A stretch of DNA of 64,000 nt from a virus. Lineage: Duplodnaviria; Caudoviricetes. A program made the translations under genes and the position numbers. Under the pieces are notes generated by a model that was given only the letters and a program-made list of their open reading frames with translations, was not told where the DNA came from and did not search any database. The stretch is taken from the IMG/VR virus record IMGVR_UViG_3300023173_000014, positions 6,791 to 70,790 of that record; one strand, 5' to 3'. Shown in pieces: positions 52,601 through 60,015 of the stretch (within the stretch, counting starts at the first letter, position 1; every line of letters begins with the position of its first letter).

Positions 52601-55600
52601 GTGAAAGAGGAGTCGAACACACCAAATGACGCTCTGGATCGTATGTTCTCTGGAGACGTGTTCCGTAAAACGGCCTTCACCGACTTCTTATCCCGTGCGC
52701 ATCAAGCATTTACTCCTACACCTTGGGGACCGTTAGGTGAGCCTGTTCAGAGCAGTGACCCCGAGTTGGTTGCTTACTTAAGTGAAGGTAAACGTACGTC
52801 AGGTGAGGTGTTAAAGCATTTGATTCGTACGTTACAAGCAGGCCCTTCCAAAGATACTCAAGAAGGTAAGTACTACGTGGAAATGGCCAAGCAGCTCTTA
52901 CGTGTGGCGGATCGTGACGTCCCAGTGAAACTGGTTACTCCGCGTACGAAGGAGGTAGAAGGAACCTACGACTACCCAGTTACCGCTGCTGCACTCTATG
53001 TGAAAGGTAAGTCCGAGCAGATCCTGGTTAAAAGTCCTGAGTTCAAATACTCCAACGTGACACCAGAAGCCTTGATACATGAGATGGTCCATGCAACCAC
53101 GACGGTAGAGATCCAGAACCCAGGTTCTGCACGGAGTAAAGCAGCCGTTGAACAGTTGGAGGCAGTTCTGGACGTTGTGAAAGGACATCTGGCTACTACA
53201 CCAGAGCAAGCAAAACGGTTTGCACCTGCGGTAACGAACGTAGACGAGTTATTGGCTTGGGGTTTAACCAACCGCGACTTTCAGAAGTATTTATCAGGTA
53301 TAACCTTTAAAACCGGGAAGAAGCCCGGAGGGCTTGTCTCTGCCCTTCGCTCCTTCCTCTCTGCTGTGGCTGATCTTTTAGGTATTAAGGACAGGAATAA
53401 CGCCTTAGCGGCCGTCGTCATTAATGGTGCTGAGTTGATGCAGTCTCGGGAACAGGACGCAGATGCACGTACAGAACGCGTAGTACGAAGCATGGACGTA
53501 GGTGATGGAACTTCTATCCGCGACTGGACAGCTAAAGAGGTACTCTCCGCTTTGAATGGTCCCGACGAACCGCGTTTAACCTCTCTGATGGATTCCATTG
53601 TAGAGAAGGTGCATGGGCCGGCAGGTACTGTGAAAAACGAAGTGGATTCAATGGCAGCGTACAATCCAAGAGACGTGTATCTATCTGCTTTGGTAGGCGG
53701 GAAGATGCCTTTCTACTCTCAAGTACGTAACCATTTCCGTCTGAGTGAGAAAGAGGCATTTGTTTTGGAGCAGGTGCAACTGTCTGTGGACGCTGCCTTG
53801 GAACCTACCTCCCTTCTCTACCGGGAAATGCGGAAACTACATAACGAAGCCAAGAAGGTACTTAAACCCTCAGACTTCCATCAAGGTGACTGGGCGCGAG
53901 CAAATACTCGAGAGAAAGCGCAAGCAGAGGCGCAATACAACTTCCTCTTTGATGTACGACCGGCAGCAGGAGGGCGAAGTAATTACCTGAGTGAGTTTGC
54001 TGCCTTGGTTTCCGTATACGCTCCTCTACGTGATCGGTTGAATCAACTGCAGGGAACTGACCTGGATACCCCTCAGTCTCTTGTAGAGCGTGTGGAAAAC
54101 TGGATCTCCCGTCTACTCGATCTTCTTGCAGGTAAACTGTACGGAGTTACCTCAGCAGGGTCCTTAGATAAGCGCATGGAAAGTTTGCTTCAGGGCCTGG
54201 GCCAGGTGGAGGCGAACCGTAAGATGACACTGGAGCATACCCGTGCTAACTCTCTCCAGGATCGTCTCGAAATGTTTAACACCGCTACTGATCGTTTCCG
54301 TGGGATGGTTGGAGCGTTAGGGGAACGCTTGCAAAATAACAGCTCAAGTTATGTAGGCGCTTTGGGGACCGTGCTTACTCTGAATGCGGATGATCGTATC
54401 GGTGCTTGGGAAACTCACGCGCAAAAAGTCCGTAACCGGATGTTTGAAGGGCGTCAGGGCTTGATTGCAGGGCTGGTCACTGAGATCAAGGGTGAGACTG
54501 AAGCCAACACTCAATCCTACGCCTTGCTCCGTGAAGCCAATAAAGTAGAGAAAGCCGTCGTACAGGAGACAGAGAATGTACGAAGACTAGCGCGTGAAAG
54601 TTTCGACGATGCCGGGTCGTACCTGACAGAGGAAGATACCTACGCTCTTACCGCGTCTCTAATGGAAACAGACCTGGTTTCTACGTTGGGTGAATACACT
54701 CTCAATGATTGGGAGAACATGATCCTGGACGATGATGCACTCGAGGCAGAGATCACACGACTGAGTGAACAAGTACGCACTCATTTTGGTGTGTACGGTG
54801 ATTACGTTGTTCGCGGTGCTTTAGATCTTGGTTTCTACCAGGCGACAGGGATCAACCGTAACCCTAACCTGGCACTTAATGTACATACCCTCCTCTCTCT
54901 GAAAGGTACGACAGAAGCTGGAAACATCGCAGCAGACCTGATTGATGAGCACGCGGGTGTTGTTGATGTCTTGGCTTCCTTAATGGCAGTACGCAGTACT
55001 TCTTACGAACACCGGGCAAAGACGTATGCCGTCATGCAACGCGAGAATGCGCGTGGTGATCAGAGCGGTGTACTGACTTTGCTACGGTTGCAGGAGAAGT
55101 TCAAAGAAGAATCCATGGAGAAGCTCTTCGGAGGTAATCCTCACTTGATGCGTAAAGGCTTCATTAAAGAGATTTTCAATCACCATAACGACGTGGTGGT
55201 GGCCTCTGAAACAGAAGGCCGTGACTTAGAGGCACTGGGTTATCGGAAAGCACATGAAGTACAAAGTGATCCAGCCGATCCTGACATCAACAGCAAGCAT
55301 ATTTACGTTGCTGATGGTGCGGGTTTACGTCGCCGTGAAACAGGTATCGTGAATTTCGTTAACAAGAAAGCACGAGGCTCATCGATCGATAGCGTTGATG
55401 TAACGGAAATCACCGAACAGAAACAGTCATTAGTTAAAGGCTTGTTTTCAATGCAAGGTGGGTACAACCCTGAACAGAACGGTGCACAGTACTTAGTACC
55501 TCTTCGTAATGACGCCGGGGATATTGTCGCCTATCGCTACACCATGACTACACATTCAAAAGATACGTTGATGGAACGTCATAACGCTTTTGATGATGTG

Positions 55601-56890
55601 CTTGGAGGTATGGCCGGCAACCTACTGAACAAGACGGAAACCAAAGAGACCAATACCAAGGCCGTGCAGTTACTTAAAGACCTCTACACGTCTGGTGATT
55701 ATGATCCTGAAGACTTTGTTCTGGTTCATGCTGATGCTGATGATCCCGAGATCAAAGAGACCTTCCGACTGATGTCTACCGATATGCGCAATGCCATTCG
55801 CCAGGTGTGGGGTGGTGACGAGATATACGTCCCTGTGGAGCTGTACGATCTTTTCTTTGGTTATCGGCGTAAGAGCCTGTCTGGGGTCTTCGATAAGCCA
55901 GAGGAAGCACGTAATGCGCTGGAACAGGTATTGGTAAATACGTTAGAAGCGTTCTTCGGTAAAGAAGCAGCCCTGAAATTGACGCGTGCCGAGAACATGT
56001 GGATGGAGGCTATCAACGTACTGAAGGACATCTTGGTTATTAAGAACCTGTTTACTCTCGTCGGTAACATTGTCAGTAACTTCTCGGTACTGGCTATGCA
56101 CGGGGTTTCATTGAAGGAGCAAGTTAAGAACCATAAGATCGCTACACAGTCGTTAGTGGACTATCAGCGTGACTCAGGTGAACTGCTACGACTTCAGAAA
56201 CTTAAGGATGCAGGGATTAATACCGGAAGAGGTCTCGAGCAAGACATTACACGCCTAGAGGATGCGATTGCACGTAATCCTATCAAGGTGATGGTAGATG
56301 CCGGTTTGGTGCACACGATCGTAGAAGACATCGAGAACGACGATGATCGGTTCAGTTATAAAACACGTTTTACGAATTGGGTGGAAGATAAAGCAGAGAA
56401 AGTGCCGGACGGCTTAAGGGAGGTAGGGAAACACCTGCTAATGACGCATGATACGCCTCAGTACAAACTGTTGTACCGAGCTACAAGCACCAGTGATTTC
56501 GCAGCACGCTTTGTGCTTTTGCGTCACTTAATGCAGCGTTCAAGTAACCCGCTTACTCAAGAAGAAGCGTTACGTCGTGTGGATTCGGAGTTCGTTAACT
56601 ACGATATTCCTACACACAGTACGATGGATTACTTTAACCGTATGGGGTTCGCTCTCTTTACCAAATACTACTTACGGATTCAGAAAGTGCTATTCACGTT
56701 GTACCGTGAACAACCTCTACGATCATTGCTGGTTTCCTTATTGGGGAACATGATTGATGGGGTGCAGACCCTTTCGGATTCTGCGTTCTGGGGTCGGTTT
56801 GGTAATCTTACCTCATCAGGGGTCCTGGAGCTTCCAGGGGCTGTCGACGAGATCGTACCGTTGAAGGTACTCACTTCTTTGACAGATTAA
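46655..56890 (+). CDS. virion-encapsidated RNA polymerase (N4 gp50-like)
   Basis: 3411 aa; FEVDGVTNGP (motif A), R.LVK.PV....FG (motif B), LHDA (motif C); no Cys seen by eye; HEMVH in the C-terminal region. Confidence 0.97.
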   Translation: MEPSIYQKLSGATSEKALNVEEARTRKQQALDRISASVAYRNSWEGQVAGLGTNSDLARSFSSGVVGGTGAIVDGVAGLTGSEALENTGDWFAEGAQNIRQSRSGEYQDNVTKATPTGDLFSPSTWDLGDGNLEGLGGLLAETTGQMAPQLAAGAVTGGVGAAVVGGAQAAGGASRQQWEYVDALSHDELMNESGLYRDLVVTGSSPEDARKEVRETAARAAGLPAAVIGGAGGAATHYILSGLPSALSKALPDTLPGKVASHASTAGISAVEEGIQEAAEAVTSKSVANAAIDSDQQIDEGVFTDLVLGAGTGGAISAGKSSLKTISATADLIDKGLAKTNRAEATPEEVATLSDPTSDAYDPVRVARTAYKKLKEDPESDGAAQIDSLVSEQQSLIENIKLRGMASTEEGRAQLQAVVERAEARLVGETDTEERSALENTRDTFNALLQEGEDADTEVIRAELGKANTTLSKLERFRDAAQTNQDVGEDLLSESGTDTSETRVNRTVVRAMNNPDAYTPEQLSSLVTQSGNGLTSNQRAYLRALGTSQERLNTTGDNAPSLANTQKGVYYGTDGFKGLKQYRKDMATAVRGGNVGAINRELQGIRLFRQSHTEKASAVQAAYADAQQTGSPVQVVRTLAGNWEPSTETLTDAALRENGGLLISARSGSLVSAIQEEAATIGVIEAELKALKDVRNPVTEEPTNFGEISTSETSSSETQTVPASEPAEGLVDTAESTPEPESVPNVQELIEEAPTDETNDTEAEAEESTEQEAPAEPEEVEAVKLEAGALQFPATPSTKDGTEVTTNLLHKYGKQSAGSSEAPKALVTIKNLASYVKAEGASVLQDLTGKVLTDTDLSALSTLLEDANVLGDTVQVLFREKKEGFQHQDWLGYFSEAGELPENVTTAIGIAAIDWAGSNVSSLGFNTDEDIRRILSMDKSEQIPSHARNTLRKAGARREFVVRDIGRSAVRMLGISLTNAPKNYRSNLETALGMYGVMALQEQGVLGQQRVTGMRSLVTDTPDPDDKTNATFLPPVLEGNRLPSQSAALVRETKAVRNLLPVVFGSESAVVGPVLESPEKWSQKRINNSLQGVPAALAEAQEAAFKRPWHIRSNGPASSFLALSREAQERIVGIQAVTPAMHVNEQERIESKNEGLRRELNHFQDFIDTAPDGLSQRFWLRPVVWSVQRAGLQSQQINPQTSKIHRHLVSLNDWRTPVSTDRRSKSFRRFSLALAVGLGIDVDKQPLDHTYKQMQDKWVKYAEAIDVLIPTLDGEVLTSEQEAIVAEAVADAGEAMHSFDALVNMAQWEKAKRTGQKEFTTDIMFEVDGVTNGPMLTHLFMGVENTAEPLQNLVERGGFFKRGSEFKSFGDFKNQKKNDLYETLATTLHHVLNEKEQSPAGQAIQSLVGNIFDEETGTAAKAGRNLVKTPVTASTFGSSIGKVLSSMADEVLTKVERQIEALAAEGADASELISKVNTVLQAGGATQNEMLPPTTAVALLKHRWTPKQVQAFNKGYEGTYGQAVKEAIERQSDGFLENRKTMNNIANTSYEAFKVVYEAVREDFKKELLRKGRVKYRTNNKGERIAIADLTPQQEKELDTRLKNALPIVHTYFSKLEGVLQNGLGVYKQKNVPGSTGNGEEYLQETNVARAVDVTGDKPYKSMSIQGLINVLASPGVGTLIKQVHSSDSAISASVYGKLPTLNLHDANGMAINQIEEVAEAMNKATFDVLANYSIPMENVSNLTRVLKGTTELQQRYPSVANALASANLASLFQGNLEKMVGKGAGMDAYLRMAKGNPINAYLMAAHQAATQMERNKLHTLKNVGQVNQYSFEGGHYQITKQDRDLLDTRLTELEALPNPGQTLDTQSLVSGEVAPRTVTAEPEELIPLVREALRNDRGNRGLRQALKHLVRGDTTEEVMKNLPEASAKEVTDLILSTEDNQAVAKDKFMLTNQARVVLLAEQLQGLYPQWDADLTSFVRYVKEESNTPNDALDRMFSGDVFRKTAFTDFLSRAHQAFTPTPWGPLGEPVQSSDPELVAYLSEGKRTSGEVLKHLIRTLQAGPSKDTQEGKYYVEMAKQLLRVADRDVPVKLVTPRTKEVEGTYDYPVTAAALYVKGKSEQILVKSPEFKYSNVTPEALIHEMVHATTTVEIQNPGSARSKAAVEQLEAVLDVVKGHLATTPEQAKRFAPAVTNVDELLAWGLTNRDFQKYLSGITFKTGKKPGGLVSALRSFLSAVADLLGIKDRNNALAAVVINGAELMQSREQDADARTERVVRSMDVGDGTSIRDWTAKEVLSALNGPDEPRLTSLMDSIVEKVHGPAGTVKNEVDSMAAYNPRDVYLSALVGGKMPFYSQVRNHFRLSEKEAFVLEQVQLSVDAALEPTSLLYREMRKLHNEAKKVLKPSDFHQGDWARANTREKAQAEAQYNFLFDVRPAAGGRSNYLSEFAALVSVYAPLRDRLNQLQGTDLDTPQSLVERVENWISRLLDLLAGKLYGVTSAGSLDKRMESLLQGLGQVEANRKMTLEHTRANSLQDRLEMFNTATDRFRGMVGALGERLQNNSSSYVGALGTVLTLNADDRIGAWETHAQKVRNRMFEGRQGLIAGLVTEIKGETEANTQSYALLREANKVEKAVVQETENVRRLARESFDDAGSYLTEEDTYALTASLMETDLVSTLGEYTLNDWENMILDDDALEAEITRLSEQVRTHFGVYGDYVVRGALDLGFYQATGINRNPNLALNVHTLLSLKGTTEAGNIAADLIDEHAGVVDVLASLMAVRSTSYEHRAKTYAVMQRENARGDQSGVLTLLRLQEKFKEESMEKLFGGNPHLMRKGFIKEIFNHHNDVVVASETEGRDLEALGYRKAHEVQSDPADPDINSKHIYVADGAGLRRRETGIVNFVNKKARGSSIDSVDVTEITEQKQSLVKGLFSMQGGYNPEQNGAQYLVPLRNDAGDIVAYRYTMTTHSKDTLMERHNAFDDVLGGMAGNLLNKTETKETNTKAVQLLKDLYTSGDYDPEDFVLVHADADDPEIKETFRLMSTDMRNAIRQVWGGDEIYVPVELYDLFFGYRRKSLSGVFDKPEEARNALEQVLVNTLEAFFGKEAALKLTRAENMWMEAINVLKDILVIKNLFTLVGNIVSNFSVLAMHGVSLKEQVKNHKIATQSLVDYQRDSGELLRLQKLKDAGINTGRGLEQDITRLEDAIARNPIKVMVDAGLVHTIVEDIENDDDRFSYKTRFTNWVEDKAEKVPDGLREVGKHLLMTHDTPQYKLLYRATSTSDFAARFVLLRHLMQRSSNPLTQEEALRRVDSEFVNYDIPTHSTMDYFNRMGFALFTKYYLRIQKVLFTLYREQPLRSLLVSLLGNMIDGVQTLSDSAFWGRFGNLTSSGVLELPGAVDEIVPLKVLTSLTD

Positions 56891-56894
56891 ACGT

Positions 56895-56914
56895 AAGGCA
56901 CCTTCGGGTGCCTT
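56895..56914. terminator. bidirectional terminator
   Basis: AAGGCACC-TTCG-GGTGCCTT between convergent blocks. Confidence 0.9.
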
Positions 56915-57086
56915 ATTTTTTGTCTACGTTCTTGGTCTCTTGGCGAGTCCAGGAGTAAATTACTACTACGGCCACAATGATCCCAAAGAATGTCATCACC
57001 GGCACCATTGCGTATGCGGTACCGATGACAACACCCAGGGTCACGCCTGCCACCAGAAACAATTTCAGTAACTGGAAAACAGACAT
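56913..57086 (-). CDS. 57-aa two-TM membrane protein
   Basis: Hand-translated MSVFQLLKLFLVAGVTLGVVIGTAYAMVPVMTFFGIIVAVVVIYSWTRQETKNVDKK. Confidence 0.65.
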   Translation of the reverse strand: MSVFQLLKLFLVAGVTLGVVIGTAYAMVPVMTFFGIIVAVVVIYSWTRQETKNVDKK

Positions 57087-57091
57087 CAGGC

Positions 57092-57547
57092 TTAACCGAA
57101 CAGGCTGGTAGTTGGTGGTGCTTCTTGCGTTGCTGCCGCGACAACAGGTGTTTCCGTCTCGAAAGGCGGCGTATCTGTCGCAGTTTCTGTCATAGTCACC
57201 ACTGGCTCGTTGGTATCTGCACCTTCAGAGGTTGTTTCCCCTTCGGTTTCAGTGACCGGAGCCTTAGCTTCTGTTGCAGCAGATCCAGAAGTAGTTTCTT
57301 CTTTGTTTGCCTGGTTCTTACTACGACGGGTGCGGCGCTTCTTCGGTTGTGCTTCTTCCTGTTTAACAGGCGCTTTACCTAAAACTTCGGAAAGAGAGGC
57401 ACCATCCACCGTAATGTCAGCGGAGGTCATACCAGTTTTCTCGTCGGTTACGAGTTCGATGTCCACGCCTTGGGTGTTCATACCCAGGCCGGTTAAAAAC
57501 GCTGTAATAGCCTCTTCAACTTCAGACGGTTCAAGTGTGAATTTCAT
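57092..57547 (-). CDS. conserved N4-like protein, low-complexity C-terminus
   Basis: EVEEAI..FL...G.....VDIEL.......SA.I.V N-domain; AAGGA RBS. Confidence 0.75.
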   Translation of the reverse strand: MKFTLEPSEVEEAITAFLTGLGMNTQGVDIELVTDEKTGMTSADITVDGASLSEVLGKAPVKQEEAQPKKRRTRRSKNQANKEETTSGSAATEAKAPVTETEGETTSEGADTNEPVVTMTETATDTPPFETETPVVAAATQEAPPTTSLFG

Positions 57548-57555
57548 AAGTATCC

Positions 57556-58125
57556 TTATCGGTACAGTTGGAGGAGTTGACGAAATTGGTCAGAATTCTT
57601 CCCAGCGTGAGCGGCTGCTATCGCATCAGCCATGTGTTCGGCTTTCCCTTCTACGATCCGCCTTACCCCTTTCTTAGTCTCGAAAGGCCAAGGGAGGTTT
57701 GGGTGTTGGTCGTATGCCCACTGGATCATGTCTCGCTTTGAGGCGGTTTTACTGCCAGGACCTGCCAGTTTGATTTCGGTCGGTGTCAGTTCAATAAAAG
57801 GGATGCCTTGGGCACGTAACGAAGCCAAAACACCCACACAGATCCCGTATGACGCCATAGATCTCGCTGACTGGCTTCCAACCGGGACCTCAACGAAAAC
57901 AACATTTGTGTTTCGGAGGTATTCCAGTGAACCTTTAGCGAGTTGCTCGGCACGGTGTAGATCTTTGCTGTTATTTCTGACTTGTTTCCCTTCCAGCGCC
58001 GTTGGCTGGATGATACTGATGTCGTCGAGAATCAGTTCTTGGCTAGGTACGACAAAATGTCCTGCGGCCATGCCCCAGTTTCGGAGGGATGGGTCGAACG
58101 CGGCGATACGGAGCAGTTTACTCAT
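57556..58125 (-). CDS. RuvC-like Holliday junction resolvase
   Basis: DPSLRNWG, FVEVP.GSQS, P.EIKLAG.G.K.ASK..MI.WA, HMADA. Confidence 0.88.
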   Translation of the reverse strand: MSKLLRIAAFDPSLRNWGMAAGHFVVPSQELILDDISIIQPTALEGKQVRNNSKDLHRAEQLAKGSLEYLRNTNVVFVEVPVGSQSARSMASYGICVGVLASLRAQGIPFIELTPTEIKLAGPGSKTASKRDMIQWAYDQHPNLPWPFETKKGVRRIVEGKAEHMADAIAAAHAGKNSDQFRQLLQLYR

Positions 58126-58369
58126 TCGCTGCGGCTTCTTTCTGAAGGTAGATTTCGTGGTCGACGGCTTTGTTTAACGCAGCGTCATACGCATACTGGT
58201 TTCCCAGGTCTTCGTTGTATTCTTCTGCGTTGGCACAATGTGCTTCGCCTACAACACTGAAACCACTGGCAAGAGTGACACAGCAAGTGTGCGTCATGGT
58301 GCCAGGGAACTTATGGTACTGCACTGCGTCGATTTTATTCTTCACAGTGGCGAGGATGTCTTTACTCAT
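58118..58369 (-). CDS. N4 gp49/Sf6 gp66-family protein (Acb4-like sponge candidate)
   Basis: T.C.VTL.SGF.V.GEAHC...EY..DLG..YA...A..K pattern. Confidence 0.7.
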   Translation of the reverse strand: MSKDILATVKNKIDAVQYHKFPGTMTHTCCVTLASGFSVVGEAHCANAEEYNEDLGNQYAYDAALNKAVDHEIYLQKEAAANE

Positions 58370-58424
58370 CAGGAGGTTCCTTGAAAGGGATCAAGGAGGA
58401 GTGGCCCTCCCCTCCTTTCACGGA

Positions 58425-59201
58425 TTAACCGAAGAGACCGCTACCGCCCGCTGGGGCTGCTGCAGTTTGTGTGGTGGCTTGTGCTGGAGTGGTAGCTGCA
58501 CCCGCCATTGGAGAAGCTGCACCTGGAGCTTGTGCCGGCGCATCCGCTTTAAAGCGATCAACTACCTGACCAGAGAAACGTTCAACCCAGGCATTGAAAT
58601 GCTGGGGTTCTGTTGCACCGGAGATCACTTCAGGCAGGGTCATCTTGTCAGCGACACGGAAGACCTTATCAATGCTGTTGAGTTCTTTCGGTTGGTTGAT
58701 TGGGTGGTACTTACCATCACCACCCTTCTCAGTCTTGTTTTCTTTAATGCGCTGAATGCCCAGGTAAAGCTCAGCACCGCCAAGACCGTTCACCAGCTCA
58801 ACAGTAGTCGCAACTTCTTTACGTGCCTGAGAGTTCCAAACAGGAACCACGCCCTGGGATGTACCCAGTTCTTTCAGGGTCTTACCTGTAGCCAGTTTGC
58901 ATACGGCATTAACGGTGATGTAACCAGGCAGTTGGTGCTTCACGCCGTCACGAGAGTACTCAGTCTCACCGTTACGGTTGGTGAAGTAGATGACTTCACG
59001 GTGCTCGCCCAGGCTACCATCGGCTTTCTTCACTTTGACGCGAAGGTTCATAGCCAAGGCACCACCTGTGCTTTTGGTTAGGAAGGCTTGTTCGATTTTG
59101 GTTGGGTAAATACCTGAATCCAGGAGGAAGCTACCGCCGCCCAGAGTATCGGTTTCGCCCTTAGCGTCATTGCTGGTTTGTACAGAATCGAGAAGTGACA
59201 T
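58425..59201 (-). CDS. ssb: single-stranded DNA-binding protein (N4 gp45-like)
   Basis: D.LGG...LDSG.Y...I..A.L.KS.GGA, LPG...VN..C.L; C-terminal SLFG-type tail (GLFG). Confidence 0.88.
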   Translation of the reverse strand: MSLLDSVQTSNDAKGETDTLGGGSFLLDSGIYPTKIEQAFLTKSTGGALAMNLRVKVKKADGSLGEHREVIYFTNRNGETEYSRDGVKHQLPGYITVNAVCKLATGKTLKELGTSQGVVPVWNSQARKEVATTVELVNGLGGAELYLGIQRIKENKTEKGGDGKYHPINQPKELNSIDKVFRVADKMTLPEVISGATEPQHFNAWVERFSGQVVDRFKADAPAQAPGAASPMAGAATTPAQATTQTAAAPAGGSGLFG

Positions 59202-59211
59202 AAATGTCTCC

Positions 59212-59940
59212 TTATACGTAGAATTCGCGCAGGCGATCGATCACGCTCTGCATGTTGTTATCGATGAACGTTTCTTTCCGGTCCCACATACCCAGGGGAC
59301 TACGCAGACGCTCACCAACAGTGTCTTTGGTCAGACGAGTCTGGAACACGTACTTGTAGCCGAGTTCTTCATCGTCTTCGGTGATGTTCAGCATTGGAGA
59401 TGAGGAACCTTCCAACTGAGACACCTTGATTTTCTTCGCAGAAATAATGCAGGAGAACCAGGACTCGATACCGTTGTTCTTAAGAGAACCTTTTACCGGC
59501 ACCTTGGTTTCCATGACCATTTCTTGCTCATTCAACTGATCCGCAACGTGAGCAGTGAAGATGATGTTCTTAGTAGACGCCGCTACTTTCTGGGACATCA
59601 GGACCTTCATGTACTGCGCAAAGTCACCCCACGCTTTCATGGTGTTCGTTGAATTGAGTACGTACGTCGACTCATACATGTCCAACAGATAAGTCAGAGA
59701 GTCGATAACGATCGTATGTACGTCAGGTTTGGTTTCTGCGACATCCAGTGCTTCGTACACCTGCATTGGATCAGTGATGGTGTATTCCTTGAACTTGCTC
59801 TTGAAGGGTAATTTCTTACCGGCTTCACAGTTCAAGTACATAACACCTTCAGGGTTTTCAATGCCCATCAGACTGGCAGATTTACCGGCAGAAGATTTAC
59901 CGCACAGCAGTACCAGATGGTCATTCACTTGGTTTGACAT
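59212..59940 (-). CDS. AAA_24/Sak4-like ATPase (N4 gp44-like)
   Basis: GKSSAGKS, LNCEAGK.LPF, IDSLT, RSP.GM. Confidence 0.88.
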   Translation of the reverse strand: MSNQVNDHLVLLCGKSSAGKSASLMGIENPEGVMYLNCEAGKKLPFKSKFKEYTITDPMQVYEALDVAETKPDVHTIVIDSLTYLLDMYESTYVLNSTNTMKAWGDFAQYMKVLMSQKVAASTKNIIFTAHVADQLNEQEMVMETKVPVKGSLKNNGIESWFSCIISAKKIKVSQLEGSSSPMLNITEDDEELGYKYVFQTRLTKDTVGERLRSPLGMWDRKETFIDNNMQSVIDRLREFYV

Positions 59941-60015
59941 GGATTTAGCCTCCTTTCGTAGGCACGTAAAGTTGAAAACTTTCTACCAACCGCCAGGAAG
60001 GCGGCTGATACTGAA

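Noticed and set aside
56887-57144. 85-aa ORF in the track
   Set aside because: Wrong frame; the 57-aa two-TM ORF at 56913-57086 fits the space and has typical composition.
58170-59081. 303-aa plus-strand ORF
   Set aside because: Antisense shadow of the ssb and gp49-like genes; no RBS or motifs.
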